A DNA stretch of 64,000 bases from Spirulina sp. (GTDB lineage Bacteria; Cyanobacteriota; Cyanobacteriia; Phormidesmidales; Phormidesmidaceae): positions 111,585-175,584 of the forward strand of contig JBIPSI010000008.1 of the NCBI GenBank assembly GCA_044070495.1, in the 5' to 3' direction. Numbering within the stretch: position 1 is the first letter of the stretch; each line of letters begins with the position of its first letter. A program made the translations under genes and the position numbers. Shown piece after piece: positions 22,297 through 31,625 of the stretch. Below the pieces are notes generated by a model. It saw only the letters and a list, made by a program, of their open reading frames with translations, was not told where the DNA came from and searched no databases.

Positions 22297-23640
22297 CTAC
22301 GGCCTAACCCGCTGGCCGAGGATGTAGGTGGCTGCAATGGCCCGGTCGTCGCCCATGATGAGTAGGGAGAAAAGGGAATCGGTGATGGTAGCCAAATCTT
22401 CGGTAATAGGGGCTTGGTTGCGGAGGGCGAGCAGGGGCGTAGCTTTGGGATTTAGGACAACGAAATCGGCCTCGTTACCGGGGTTAAAGCTGCCGATTTT
22501 GTCGTCTAAGCAAAGGGCTTGGGCACCGCCGAGGGTAGCCAGGAATAGGGCTTTGATAGCCGAGAGTTTTTGGCCGCGCAGTTGGGCGACTTTGTAGGCT
22601 TCGTTGGTGGTTTGCAGCATAGAAAAACTGGTGCCTGCGCCCACATCGGTTCCTAGGCCCACTTTGACGGGGTGTTCGGTAGATTTGGCCTGTTCGATGC
22701 GGAACAAGCCGCTGCCCAGAAACAGGTTGGAGGTGGGGCAAAAGGAGATAGCGGCCTTCGCTTCCGATAGGCGACGAAATTCTTCATCGGTAAGCTGAAC
22801 ACCGTGGGCAAACACGGAACGTTCTCGCACTAGACCCGTTTGGTCGTACACATCTAAATAGCCGTTGTATTGAGGAAACAATTCTCGAATCCAGGCGACT
22901 TCGTTGACGTTTTCCGAGAGGTGGGTGTGCAAATATACATCAGGAAATTCGTCTAGAAGTTTTGCGGCGGCTTTCAGTTGGGCTGCGGTGGAGGTAGCGG
23001 CAAAGCGGGGGGTGACGGCATAGGACAATCGCCCTTGGCCGTGCCACTTTTCAATCAGCGCTTTCGATTGGTCGTAGCCCGTTTCAGCCGTATCCCGCAA
23101 ATAGTCCGGCGCGTTGCAGTCCATCAGTACCTTGCCGCTAATCATCCGTAGGTTGCGGGCTAGGGCCGCTTCAAAAAAGGCGTCTACGGATTCGGGAAAC
23201 ACCGCCGCAAACACCAGGGCGGTGGTGGTGCCATTCTTTAAAAGCTCATCCAAAAACAGGTCGGCCACCTGACGGGCATGGGCGGGATCTTGGAACTGGC
23301 GTTCGGTGGGAAAGGTGTATTGGTTCAGCCACTCCAAAAGCTGTTCCCCGTAGGCGGCGATCATTCCGGTTTGGGGGTAGTGAATGTGGGTATCGATAAA
23401 GCCGGGGGTGATCAGATGGCCGGAATAGTCTACCAGGGGCAGGTGGGCATAGGCCGAATGCAGGTCTGCAAAGGGGCCAAGGGCGGCAATGTGACCGTTT
23501 TCGATCACCAGGAGGCCATCGTGGAAGTAGCGCACGGCCTCGGTTTCGGGCACAAAGAAGGGGTCGGCTACGCAGTCAATCAGGGTTCCTCGTAGGGCAA
23601 CGCTGGGGCTGGGCGTAGGGGCGGCAACGGGTTGACCCAT
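22297..23640 (-). CDS. guaD: Guanine deaminase
   Basis: PGFIDTHIHYPQ, VTPRFA, HTHLSEN, CPTSN, GTDVGAG; start placed at MGQPV. Confidence 0.93.
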   Translation of the reverse strand: MGQPVAAPTPSPSVALRGTLIDCVADPFFVPETEAVRYFHDGLLVIENGHIAALGPFADLHSAYAHLPLVDYSGHLITPGFIDTHIHYPQTGMIAAYGEQLLEWLNQYTFPTERQFQDPAHARQVADLFLDELLKNGTTTALVFAAVFPESVDAFFEAALARNLRMISGKVLMDCNAPDYLRDTAETGYDQSKALIEKWHGQGRLSYAVTPRFAATSTAAQLKAAAKLLDEFPDVYLHTHLSENVNEVAWIRELFPQYNGYLDVYDQTGLVRERSVFAHGVQLTDEEFRRLSEAKAAISFCPTSNLFLGSGLFRIEQAKSTEHPVKVGLGTDVGAGTSFSMLQTTNEAYKVAQLRGQKLSAIKALFLATLGGAQALCLDDKIGSFNPGNEADFVVLNPKATPLLALRNQAPITEDLATITDSLFSLLIMGDDRAIAATYILGQRVRP

Positions 23641-23862
23641 GGAGGCTCCGGGGCTTGGGGTGAGGTGGGTAGGATTGGCTCCTGGGATTGTCGCACTAGG
23701 GCCAAGGGGATGACAATGGCAGAGGGCGATTTCCCCGTGGTTTCCCCATGATTTTCTCCATGGATGCAGAGGTTTCGGGCTTGGCGGTGGATACCCCAAT
23801 GCGGGATAGTAATGTTTGATGCACTTTTCTGATGCACCTTTGCCAATCTATCGAGGCCAGCG

Positions 23863-25197
23863 GTGATGGCTCAGCCCAAGATTATTGTTTTAGACGACGA
23901 CCCCACCGGATCCCAAACGGTACATAGCTGCCTGCTGCTGATGCGGTGGGATGTGGACACCCTGCGCCAGGGCTTGCGGGATGCGTCGCCAATTTTCTTT
24001 GTGTTGACGAACACCCGCGCCCTCAGCCCCGCCGCCGCCGAACAGGTGACCCGCGAGGTGTGCCAAAACCTAAAGCAGGCCATCGCCCTAGAGGGCGTGC
24101 AGGAATTTTTAGTAGTCAGCCGCTCCGATTCCACCCTGCGCGGCCACTACCCCATCGAAACCGATGTGATGGCCGCCGAGCTTGGCCCCTTCGATGCCCA
24201 CTTTTTGGTGCCCGCCTTCTTTGAAGGAGGCCGCATTACCCGCGACAGCCGTCATTACCTGATGGTGAACGGCGAACCCGTGCCCGTCCACGAAACCGAG
24301 TTTGCCAAGGATTCCGTCTTTGGCTATAGCACCAGCTACCTGCCCGACTACGTGGCCGAAAAAACCGATGGCGGCATCGTCGCCCCGGATGTGGAGCGCT
24401 TCACCCTCAGCGAGATTCGCAACGGCTGCCTAGATCGGCTGATGGCCCTCAAGGGCAACGTCTGCGGCGTGGTGGATGGCGAAGTGCAGGCCGATCTAGA
24501 TCGCTTTGCCCAGGATCTCCTTACCGCCGCCGCCCAGGGCAAACGGTTTTTGTTCCGCAGCGCCGCCAGCATCCTCACCGCCCTCGCTGCCCTGCCCCCC
24601 CAGCCCATCGACGCCGACCACATGGCCTCCTACGTGCGGGATGGCAAACCGGGGGCGATCATCGTCGGTTCCCACGTCAAAAAAACCACCGAACAACTGC
24701 AACACCTGCTCCAAGCCCCCGGCGTGGTGGGCCTAGAGGTGAACGTCGAAGCCCTGCGCGACGGCGACGAAGATGCCCGCGAAATTCTGCTGTTCAACCT
24801 GATCAAACAGGTCAACGCCGTCCACCGCGATGGCTGCACGCCCGTGGTCTACACCAGCCGCCAAGAACTCAGCTTCGACACCGTGCAAGCCCGCCTAGAC
24901 TTCGGCATTGAGGTTTCCCAATTTCTGATGGACGTGATCCGCAAGCTGCCCCTGGATATCGGCTTTTTGATTAGCAAGGGCGGCATCACCTCCAACGACA
25001 CCCTCAGCACGGGCCTCGCCCTCACCACGGCGCGGCTGCTGGGGCAAATTCTGCCGGGGGTTTCCGTGGTGCGTACCCCAGAGAATCATCCCCAGTTTCC
25101 CCATCTGCCCGTGGTGCTGTTCCCTGGCAACGTGGGGGATGCCGCCGCCCTCACCACCGCCTACCAACGCCTGTGGGCGGGCGGGAATGCATCGTAG
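23863..25197 (+). CDS. Four-carbon acid sugar kinase family protein (DUF1537)
   Basis: VLDDDPTG, TNTR, RSDSTLRGH, KGGITS, FPGNVG. Confidence 0.88.
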   Translation: MMAQPKIIVLDDDPTGSQTVHSCLLLMRWDVDTLRQGLRDASPIFFVLTNTRALSPAAAEQVTREVCQNLKQAIALEGVQEFLVVSRSDSTLRGHYPIETDVMAAELGPFDAHFLVPAFFEGGRITRDSRHYLMVNGEPVPVHETEFAKDSVFGYSTSYLPDYVAEKTDGGIVAPDVERFTLSEIRNGCLDRLMALKGNVCGVVDGEVQADLDRFAQDLLTAAAQGKRFLFRSAASILTALAALPPQPIDADHMASYVRDGKPGAIIVGSHVKKTTEQLQHLLQAPGVVGLEVNVEALRDGDEDAREILLFNLIKQVNAVHRDGCTPVVYTSRQELSFDTVQARLDFGIEVSQFLMDVIRKLPLDIGFLISKGGITSNDTLSTGLALTTARLLGQILPGVSVVRTPENHPQFPHLPVVLFPGNVGDAAALTTAYQRLWAGGNAS

Positions 25198-25244
25198 AAA
25201 TCTGCAACTTGGCACTCCATAGCGTAACTTTAGCGGTATAAATT

Positions 25245-25700
25245 AAGTAGGGCAAGATCAATTAAATAAGACTCATGTAGGACGGGCTACGCTTCGCTAA
25301 CCCGCTTTTTACAACGCTTAAATGCGCTACATCGGTGTATCACACAATCTACACAGGCATCTACCGAGCTACTTCGCCAAAGGTTCGCTGAAAGTCTGAC
25401 ACAAGCTCCGAAGGGCTTTGCAAGTAAGTTGTTCCAGCGCTTAACCCATCATTTATGGTCTAACGCTGCAAGGCTTAGTTGAAAGGGCTTTTGGAAAAAT
25501 AACTCTTCACCGGAGTCCAGGTTTTCCAGACATGCAGCAGGTAGTTGGTTGACTGACCAAAGTTTGGCCCTCGCCCCACCCCTATCCATCGGAAGAGTGG
25601 GAGAAATTCGTTCGTCCGATTCTGTCTCCCCACTCTGCGAGCAGGGCAAGCCCTATGGGAGAGGTTTAGGGTGAAGGTTGCGAGGATCTCGCGAACAAGT
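25245..25700. repeat. Cluster of decayed short repeats (AAGTAG...CTACTT-bounded element with internal REP; degenerate CCCTC...GGGAGAGG hairpin repeat)
   Basis: AAGTAGGGC at 25245 and GAGCTACTT ending 25374; GTAGGACGGGCTACGCTTCGCTAACCCG near 25277; hairpin-repeat remnants at 25568-25680. Confidence 0.5.
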
Positions 25701-25729
25701 TTTGGCCGTCAATTAGAGCCAGTGGCTAC

Positions 25730-25887
25730 CTAGAGGGCATTTGAAAAGGGATCCCCTGTAGCTTTAGTCACCCGCCGATCCCCCCTGCCCCCCTTGGAAA
25801 GGGGGGTACAAGTCCCCCTTTCTAAGGGGGATTTAGGGGGATCGCCACCGTTGCTACAAGCAACAGGACTTTTCAAACATCTTCTAG
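25730..25887. mobile_element. MITE with GAGG..TTTGAAAAG terminal inverted repeats flanked by CTAG
   Basis: CTAGAGGGCATTTGAAAAG ... CTTTTCAAACATCTTCTAG; internal GATCCCCC...GGGGGATC double hairpin; no ORF. Confidence 0.75.
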
Positions 25888-26023
25888 ATCGCTGTAGCCA
25901 GTCTAGTTAGGGCGCTATCAAATAAACCTGAAGAACGATCTGGACATTCTGTCCTATCGAGGGTGCCTACAGCGATATCGTCAAACGACAGAAATCGAAA
26001 ATTATATAAAGGTAGGACTATCT

Positions 26024-27730
26024 ATGCTCATTGATGCACGTCATCTAGGCGAAGCAGATGTTTTAGCAGCGGATATTTGCATTGTTGGAGCTGGGCCTGC
26101 TGGCATCACCATTGCAAGGGAATTTAACAGTAGTTCGTTCAAGGTTTTATTGTTAGAGTCAGGGGGCTTTACCCCTGATCCAAAGGTCGATGATCTATCT
26201 CGGGGCAGCAACCAAGGCGATCCATACCCAGCCCCAGATGGGATGCGGGAGCGTGGCTTTGGCGGGACGGCGAAGGTATGGCCCATCGTCCTTAATCAGG
26301 GACGTCTAGGCGTTAGGTATGTTCCCCTCGATCCCATCGACTTTGAACAGCGGGACTGGATTCCCTACAGTGGTTGGCCAATTAACCGTGAGGATCTAGA
26401 TCCCTACTATGCAAGAGCCCATGTCGTCGCTCAGTCTGGCCCATACACCTACGACTTTAAAGACTGGGAAACGGAAGATGCTAGAGCTATCGTTTTCCCT
26501 GGACATTGCGCAACCACCCAGATGTTTCAATTTGGCCCCTTAGATGCATTTACAGAAACCTATCGCCATGAATTAGAACAGTCTCAAAATGTTAGCCTAG
26601 TCACCTATGCCCATGCCCTAGAATTAAGGACGGATGAGCTAGCAAAGAGCATCACTAGTATTGATGTCGGTACGGTTGAGAGGAATCGTTTTTCAGTAAA
26701 TGCTAGGGTAGTCATCCTAGCCCAAGGAGGGTTAGAGGTTCCTAGGCTACTCATGATTTCTAATCGAACCAAGCGTTGTGGATTAGGGAACGAACATGAT
26801 TTAGTAGGTCGTTTTTTAATGGATCATCCTGTGATTCGGCCTGGGGTTTTAGTGCCTGATAATCCAAGCATTGTTAATCAACTCTCTCTCTATGATGCCC
26901 GCTGGGTGAATGGCGCAAGAGTCATTGGCAAACCGATATTAACTGCCGAAATCCAGAGAAAAGAAAAGTTAGTGAATATCAATACGGCTATCTTTCCTCG
27001 CCCTGGTTGGGCACAGATTAATCTGCTCAGAAAGATCTTTCCCAATGGGCAGCGAGTTTCATCCCCGGCACTTCAGTCTTCCCGAGTCTTAAAGCAAGCC
27101 TTAAAGCAACGAAAATGGCCTCAAGATATGCCCAGACACATGGCTGCCATCGTTTCAGGGCTAGATGACATGATCTACAGGGTATGGCGAAAGCCGGGTA
27201 GAAATCGCTTTGGGAGCTTTCCCTTATTTGGTTATGACTTTGATCATGGAGGCTGGTCGGATCTTGATTACAAGGATAAGAAATTCGGCTGTTTTGATCT
27301 GCTTCATGTCACAGAACAAACCCCTGATCCTAATAATCGAGTCCGATTATCTGAGGACTGTGATCAATTTGGCTATCGCCGGATGGTCGTTGAATGGCGA
27401 CACAGCGATGCTGACCGTTTAAGGATCAAGCGGGCCATGGAAATTTTTGCCCAAGAGTTTAAGAGTGCCGGATTGGGGATTGTAAAGGTTGAGTTGGATC
27501 ATGGCATGCCTCCCATTTGGAGTCCTAGCATTCACCACCCGATGGGAACGACCCGTATGCATGACAGCCCGACGCAGGGGGTTGTAGACAGAAATTGTCA
27601 GGTTCATGGCATCGAGAATTTATTTGTTGCCAGCAGTTCTGCCTTTCCCACGGGGGGTTATGCAAATCCAACGCTGACGATATTAGCCCTCGGTATACGG
27701 CTAGCCGATCATATTAAAACTGTAATCTAA
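26024..27730 (+). CDS. GMC-family oxidoreductase
   Basis: IVGAGPAG FAD motif, GRFLMDHP, HHPMGTTRM, ANPTLTILAL; visibly lower GC than flanks. Confidence 0.88.
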   Translation: MLIDARHLGEADVLAADICIVGAGPAGITIAREFNSSSFKVLLLESGGFTPDPKVDDLSRGSNQGDPYPAPDGMRERGFGGTAKVWPIVLNQGRLGVRYVPLDPIDFEQRDWIPYSGWPINREDLDPYYARAHVVAQSGPYTYDFKDWETEDARAIVFPGHCATTQMFQFGPLDAFTETYRHELEQSQNVSLVTYAHALELRTDELAKSITSIDVGTVERNRFSVNARVVILAQGGLEVPRLLMISNRTKRCGLGNEHDLVGRFLMDHPVIRPGVLVPDNPSIVNQLSLYDARWVNGARVIGKPILTAEIQRKEKLVNINTAIFPRPGWAQINLLRKIFPNGQRVSSPALQSSRVLKQALKQRKWPQDMPRHMAAIVSGLDDMIYRVWRKPGRNRFGSFPLFGYDFDHGGWSDLDYKDKKFGCFDLLHVTEQTPDPNNRVRLSEDCDQFGYRRMVVEWRHSDADRLRIKRAMEIFAQEFKSAGLGIVKVELDHGMPPIWSPSIHHPMGTTRMHDSPTQGVVDRNCQVHGIENLFVASSSAFPTGGYANPTLTILALGIRLADHIKTVI

Positions 27731-27809
27731 GGCCGTTAGACCAGGGGGCTCAGGTGCTAAGATCCCAGGGTTCTCTGGTCCTTCAACCTCGCAACTATCC
27801 ACCTGGCGT

Positions 27810-28664
27810 ATGGGTTCTCCAACGGCGATTTTGCTGGTGTCTTGCCCCGACCAAAAGGGGCTGGTAGCCAAGCTAGCTAACTTTATCTATGCCAACGGCG
27901 GCAACATTCTCCACGCCGACCAGCACTGCGACCCGGAAGCGGGGTTATTTTTGTCGCGGCTGGAGTGGGAGATGGAGGGCTTCAACCTGCCCCGCGAGAT
28001 CATTGGCCCCGCCTTTAACGCCATTGCCCAACCCCTGGGGGCCACCTGGCAGCTTAGCTTTTCTGACGATGTGCCGCGTCTATGTATTTGGGTGAGCCAT
28101 CAAGATCACTGTCTGCTGGATTTACTGTGGCGGCACCAGGCCAAGGAGTTCCGGGCGGAAATTCCCCTGATCATCAGCAACCACCCCACCCTCAAGCCCA
28201 TCGCCGACCAGTTCGGGATTGATTTCCACCACATCCCCATCACGAAAGATACCAAGGCGGAACAGGAACAGAGGCAACTGGCCCTGCTGAAGGAGTACAA
28301 CATCAACCTAGTGGTGCTGGCCAAATACATGCAGGTGCTCTCGTCGGATTTCCTCAACGCCTACGGCCAGGTGATCAACATTCACCACTCCTTTTTGCCT
28401 GCCTTTATGGGGGCTAACCCCTACCAACGGGCCTACCAACGGGGGGTGAAAATCATCGGCGCAACGGCCCACTACGTCACCTCAGATTTAGACGAAGGCC
28501 CGATCATCGAGCAGGATGTGGTTCGCATCAGCCACCGCGACGACGTGAAGGAATTGATCCGCAAAGGCAAAGACATGGAGCGCATCGTCTTGGCCCGTGC
28601 GGTGCGTCTGCATCTGCAAAGCCGTACCTTGGTCTACGGCAACCGCACCGTGGTGTTTGGGTAG
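27810..28664 (+). CDS. purU: Formyltetrahydrofolate deformylase
   Basis: N-terminal ACT domain (CPDQKGLV), LAKYMQ, INIHHSFLP, GATAHYV, DEGPIIEQ. Confidence 0.96.
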   Translation: MGSPTAILLVSCPDQKGLVAKLANFIYANGGNILHADQHCDPEAGLFLSRLEWEMEGFNLPREIIGPAFNAIAQPLGATWQLSFSDDVPRLCIWVSHQDHCLLDLLWRHQAKEFRAEIPLIISNHPTLKPIADQFGIDFHHIPITKDTKAEQEQRQLALLKEYNINLVVLAKYMQVLSSDFLNAYGQVINIHHSFLPAFMGANPYQRAYQRGVKIIGATAHYVTSDLDEGPIIEQDVVRISHRDDVKELIRKGKDMERIVLARAVRLHLQSRTLVYGNRTVVFG

Positions 28665-28716
28665 CTCACCTTTCGAGAGGCACAAGCAACACCCTAAACC
28701 CCTCTCCCAATGGCAG

Positions 28717-28881
28717 CTACAGCTTATACACATCTTGTTTTCGTGCTGCAAGTTCTCGGAGATCCCCCTAAATCCCCCTTAGGGCGGGGGACTTTGAATC
28801 CACTTCCCCCCTTCATAAGGGGGGCTAGGGGGGATCGCTTCCCTATTGCGTCTACGCCAAGGACTGGTGTGTACACAGTAG
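28717..28881. mobile_element. MITE with Tn5/IS50-like ends (copy 1), inside a hairpin repeat (28690-28953)
   Basis: End CTACAGCTTATACACATCT is 15/19 identical to the Tn5 mosaic end; other end GTGTGTACACAGTAG; degenerate flanking duplication. Confidence 0.85.
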
Positions 28882-29063
28882 CTCGATGGGAAAGGAACGT
28901 TGTAACTCCGGTTCCCCTTCGCCCTTGGGGAGAAGGGGCTAGGGGATGAGGGCGATCTTCGCAACGGTTCTTAACGAGGAAATCTGGCCTAGGGTAGAGG
29001 CATCGTAGCGGGGGCTACGGTTTTATAAAACTATCTGGCTCTGTAAAGACCGTCCCCATTTCA

Positions 29064-29092
29064 CAGATCGTCCTTGAACGATCTGCTTTTTT
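29064..29092 (+). terminator. Intrinsic terminator-like hairpin
   Basis: CAGATCGT-ccttga-ACGATCTG followed by CTTTTTT. Confidence 0.65.
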
Positions 29093-29215
29093 GTCACCCG
29101 TTCGGCCTAGGCCAAGACCTTAGTTCGAGCGACCCCGTGGGCAGCCTTGGGAGTCAGGGTTGTTCGATGGTGAGGCGTTGTTTTGCTGTTAGTTCTGTGG
29201 AAAACGTTTTGGGTG

Positions 29216-30514
29216 ATGGCTTGGCGATCCCTGCGGTCACTGTTGCGGCGGCGGTGGCGATGGATTGGCCTAGCCCTGCTGAGTAGCGCTATCTTTTGGG
29301 CCTACAGTCCAGCGGCGGTGTCGCAGTCGCCGGATCCGGTGACGGTGTCGTTTTTGGTGCGGGCGGTGGAGGCGGAACAGCTTCAGCCCATCGCCGATGC
29401 CTTCATGGCGGAAAATCCCGACATTCGCGTTGAGATTGTGCGTGGCCCCAATGCCGCCGATGCGGTGGAAAACCTCTACACCACCTCCTTTTTGCTGAAC
29501 GATTCTCCCTACGATTTGGTCTACGCCGATGTGGTGTGGATTCCCAAGTTGGCGGCGGCGGGGTGGCTGGCGGATTTGTCGGATCGGGTGGATGCTGCCG
29601 ATCTAAACGAATTCCTGGAGGCCGACATTGCGGCGGGGCAGTACCAGGGCGGGCTGTATCGAATGCCCTTTCGCTCGGATATGGGAATGCTCTACTACCG
29701 CACCGACCTGCTGGATGCTGCCGGACTCCCGGCCCCAGAAACCTTCGAGGATTTGATTGCGGCCTCCCAAACCCTTCAACAACAGGGGGACGTGCCCTGG
29801 GGCTTTGTGTGGCAGGGGTTGCAGTACGAGGGCTTGGTGACCAACTTTGTGGAAATTGTGGCGGGCTTTGGCGGCTTTTGGGTAGATGCGGATTCCCTGG
29901 AAGTCGGCCTCGATGCGCCGGAAGCCATTCAGGCCGTGGAGTTTATGCGCGGCGTGATTACCGACGGCATCACCCCCCCCGGTGTCACCAACTATTTAGA
30001 GGAAGATTCCCTGCGGCAGTTTGAGTCGGGCAATGCGGCCTTTTTGCGCAACTGGCCCTACGTCTGGGCCGAGGCCAACCGCCAGGGTTCCCCCGTAGCC
30101 GGAAACATTGCCCTGAAGCCCATGGTTCATGCCCCTGGACAGTCTCCGGCGGCTTGTTTGGGCGGCTGGGGCTTTGGTCTTTCTGCAACCAGCCCCCACC
30201 CCGACGAAGCTTGGCGAGTGGTGGACTACTTCACCAGCCCGGAGGTGATGAAGCGCTTTGTGGTGGACAACGCCTACGTGCCCAGCCGTCGCGCCCTGTT
30301 CACCGACCCGGAGGTGCTGGCGGCCTATCCCCACTTCCAACAACTGCTGGAGGTGGCGGAAACCACGGTGCCCCGTCCCCCGGTGGGCCAATACGCCCAG
30401 CTATCCGACATTTTGCAGCGCTACCTCAGTGCCGCCCTCACGGATCAACTTTCCCCAGCCGCCGCCATGGAAGCCGCCGCCCGTGAAAGTCGTCGCGTGT
30501 TGGGGACGACTTAA
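29216..30514 (+). CDS. Carbohydrate ABC transporter substrate-binding protein
   Basis: Signal peptide, LYYRTDLL, FLRNWPY, LGGWG; start uncertain (29183-29216). Confidence 0.9.
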   Translation: MAWRSLRSLLRRRWRWIGLALLSSAIFWAYSPAAVSQSPDPVTVSFLVRAVEAEQLQPIADAFMAENPDIRVEIVRGPNAADAVENLYTTSFLLNDSPYDLVYADVVWIPKLAAAGWLADLSDRVDAADLNEFLEADIAAGQYQGGLYRMPFRSDMGMLYYRTDLLDAAGLPAPETFEDLIAASQTLQQQGDVPWGFVWQGLQYEGLVTNFVEIVAGFGGFWVDADSLEVGLDAPEAIQAVEFMRGVITDGITPPGVTNYLEEDSLRQFESGNAAFLRNWPYVWAEANRQGSPVAGNIALKPMVHAPGQSPAACLGGWGFGLSATSPHPDEAWRVVDYFTSPEVMKRFVVDNAYVPSRRALFTDPEVLAAYPHFQQLLEVAETTVPRPPVGQYAQLSDILQRYLSAALTDQLSPAAAMEAAARESRRVLGTT

Positions 30515-31449
30515 TGCCGCGTACCACTCACCCTGAACCGACATCCACTGCTATGAAAGACTACATCCGCGAACGGGAACGCCGCACCGGGCTGTGGCTG
30601 ATTGCCCCCGCCTTTGCCCTGCTGCTGTTGGTCTATGCCTACCCCATCCTGCGGTCGTTTTGGCTGAGCCTGTTCACCGAGAACCTGAGCACCAACCTGT
30701 CTCCAGTGTTTAGCGGCGGCGAAAACTATATCCGCATGGTGGAAGATGGCCGTTTTTGGCAAAGTCTGGGCAATACGGCTGTTTTTACCAGCGTTTCCCT
30801 AGTGGCGGAACTGGGCCTGGGGATGATCATCGCCCTCGCCCTCAACCAAGCCTTCTTTGGCCGAGGCGGGGTGCGTACCATCGCCATTTTGCCCTGGGCC
30901 TTGCCTACGGCGCTGATTGCCCTGGCTTGGCGCTGGATTTTTAACGACGAATTCGGCGTCTGGAACGACCTGCTGCTGCGGCTGCAAATCATTGGCAACC
31001 CCGTCAACTGGCTGGGCGACCCCAACTGGGCCATGGTGGCCGTGATCGCCGCCGATGTGTGGAAGACCACCTCCTTTGTGGCCATTCTGCTGCTGGCCGG
31101 GTTGCAGTCCATCCCTCAAGATTTGTACGAAGCCCACGCCCTGGATGGGGCCACCCCCTGGCAAAGCTTTCGCCAAATTACCCTGCCCCTCATTGCCCCC
31201 CAAATCCTGATCGCCCTGCTGTTCCGCTTTGCCCAAGCCTTCGGCATTTTCGACCTGATCCAGGTCATGACCAACGGCGGCCCCGGCGGTGCCACGGAAA
31301 TGGTGTCGATCTATATCTATGCCACCGTCATGCGCTACCTCGACTTCGGCTATGGTGCCGCCCTGGTGGTGGTGACGTTCTTGATTTTGATTGCCGTCGT
31401 CGCCCTCGCCGCTGTCTACCTCTCCCGCCTCCGCGCCAAAACCGAGTGA
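30514..31449 (+). CDS. Carbohydrate ABC transporter permease (MalF-like)
   Basis: EAA loop LYEAHALDGA, DVWKTT. Confidence 0.92.
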   Translation: MPRTTHPEPTSTAMKDYIRERERRTGLWLIAPAFALLLLVYAYPILRSFWLSLFTENLSTNLSPVFSGGENYIRMVEDGRFWQSLGNTAVFTSVSLVAELGLGMIIALALNQAFFGRGGVRTIAILPWALPTALIALAWRWIFNDEFGVWNDLLLRLQIIGNPVNWLGDPNWAMVAVIAADVWKTTSFVAILLLAGLQSIPQDLYEAHALDGATPWQSFRQITLPLIAPQILIALLFRFAQAFGIFDLIQVMTNGGPGGATEMVSIYIYATVMRYLDFGYGAALVVVTFLILIAVVALAAVYLSRLRAKTE

Positions 31450-31473
31450 CCCTGTAGACTGCGGCCACAACCA

Positions 31474-31588
31474 CCAGGGAACGAATTCCCTGGCTTACCG
31501 CACAAGTCTGCCAAAGCAGACTAATACGCTCACCCCCCAATCCTCTTTAGAGGATTTCTGCCCTCAGCTAAGGACTTCCAGTCCTTGG
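31474..31588. repeat. Four-hairpin palindromic element within the ABC operon
   Basis: CCAGGGAA/TTCCCTGG, AGTCTGC/GCAGACT, AATCCTCT/AGAGGATT, AAGGACT/AGTCCTT. Confidence 0.7.
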
Positions 31589-31625
31589 CCCCTTGGCCCC
31601 CCAGAAACTCTACCCCCTCACCCCC

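Noticed and set aside
23809..23822. NtcA site for guaD (GTA-N8-TGC)
   Set aside because: One mismatch and no -10 box at the class II spacing; plausible biologically but unsupported.
28717..28735. Nextera/Tn5 adapter contamination
   Set aside because: Only the last 13 nt match contiguously; ends are paired and inverted, diverge between copies and are flanked by target duplications, as expected for native elements.
28710..28964. Small ORFs over MITEs (also 33866-34087, 41682-41924)
   Set aside because: They are translations of repeat DNA (GDPPKSP motif) with no transposase features.
29098..29135. Glutamine (glnA) riboswitch on the minus strand
   Set aside because: Superficial AAGGTCTTGGCCT similarity, but the conserved GGAAGTA/GAAG nucleotides are missing and no gene lies downstream on that strand.
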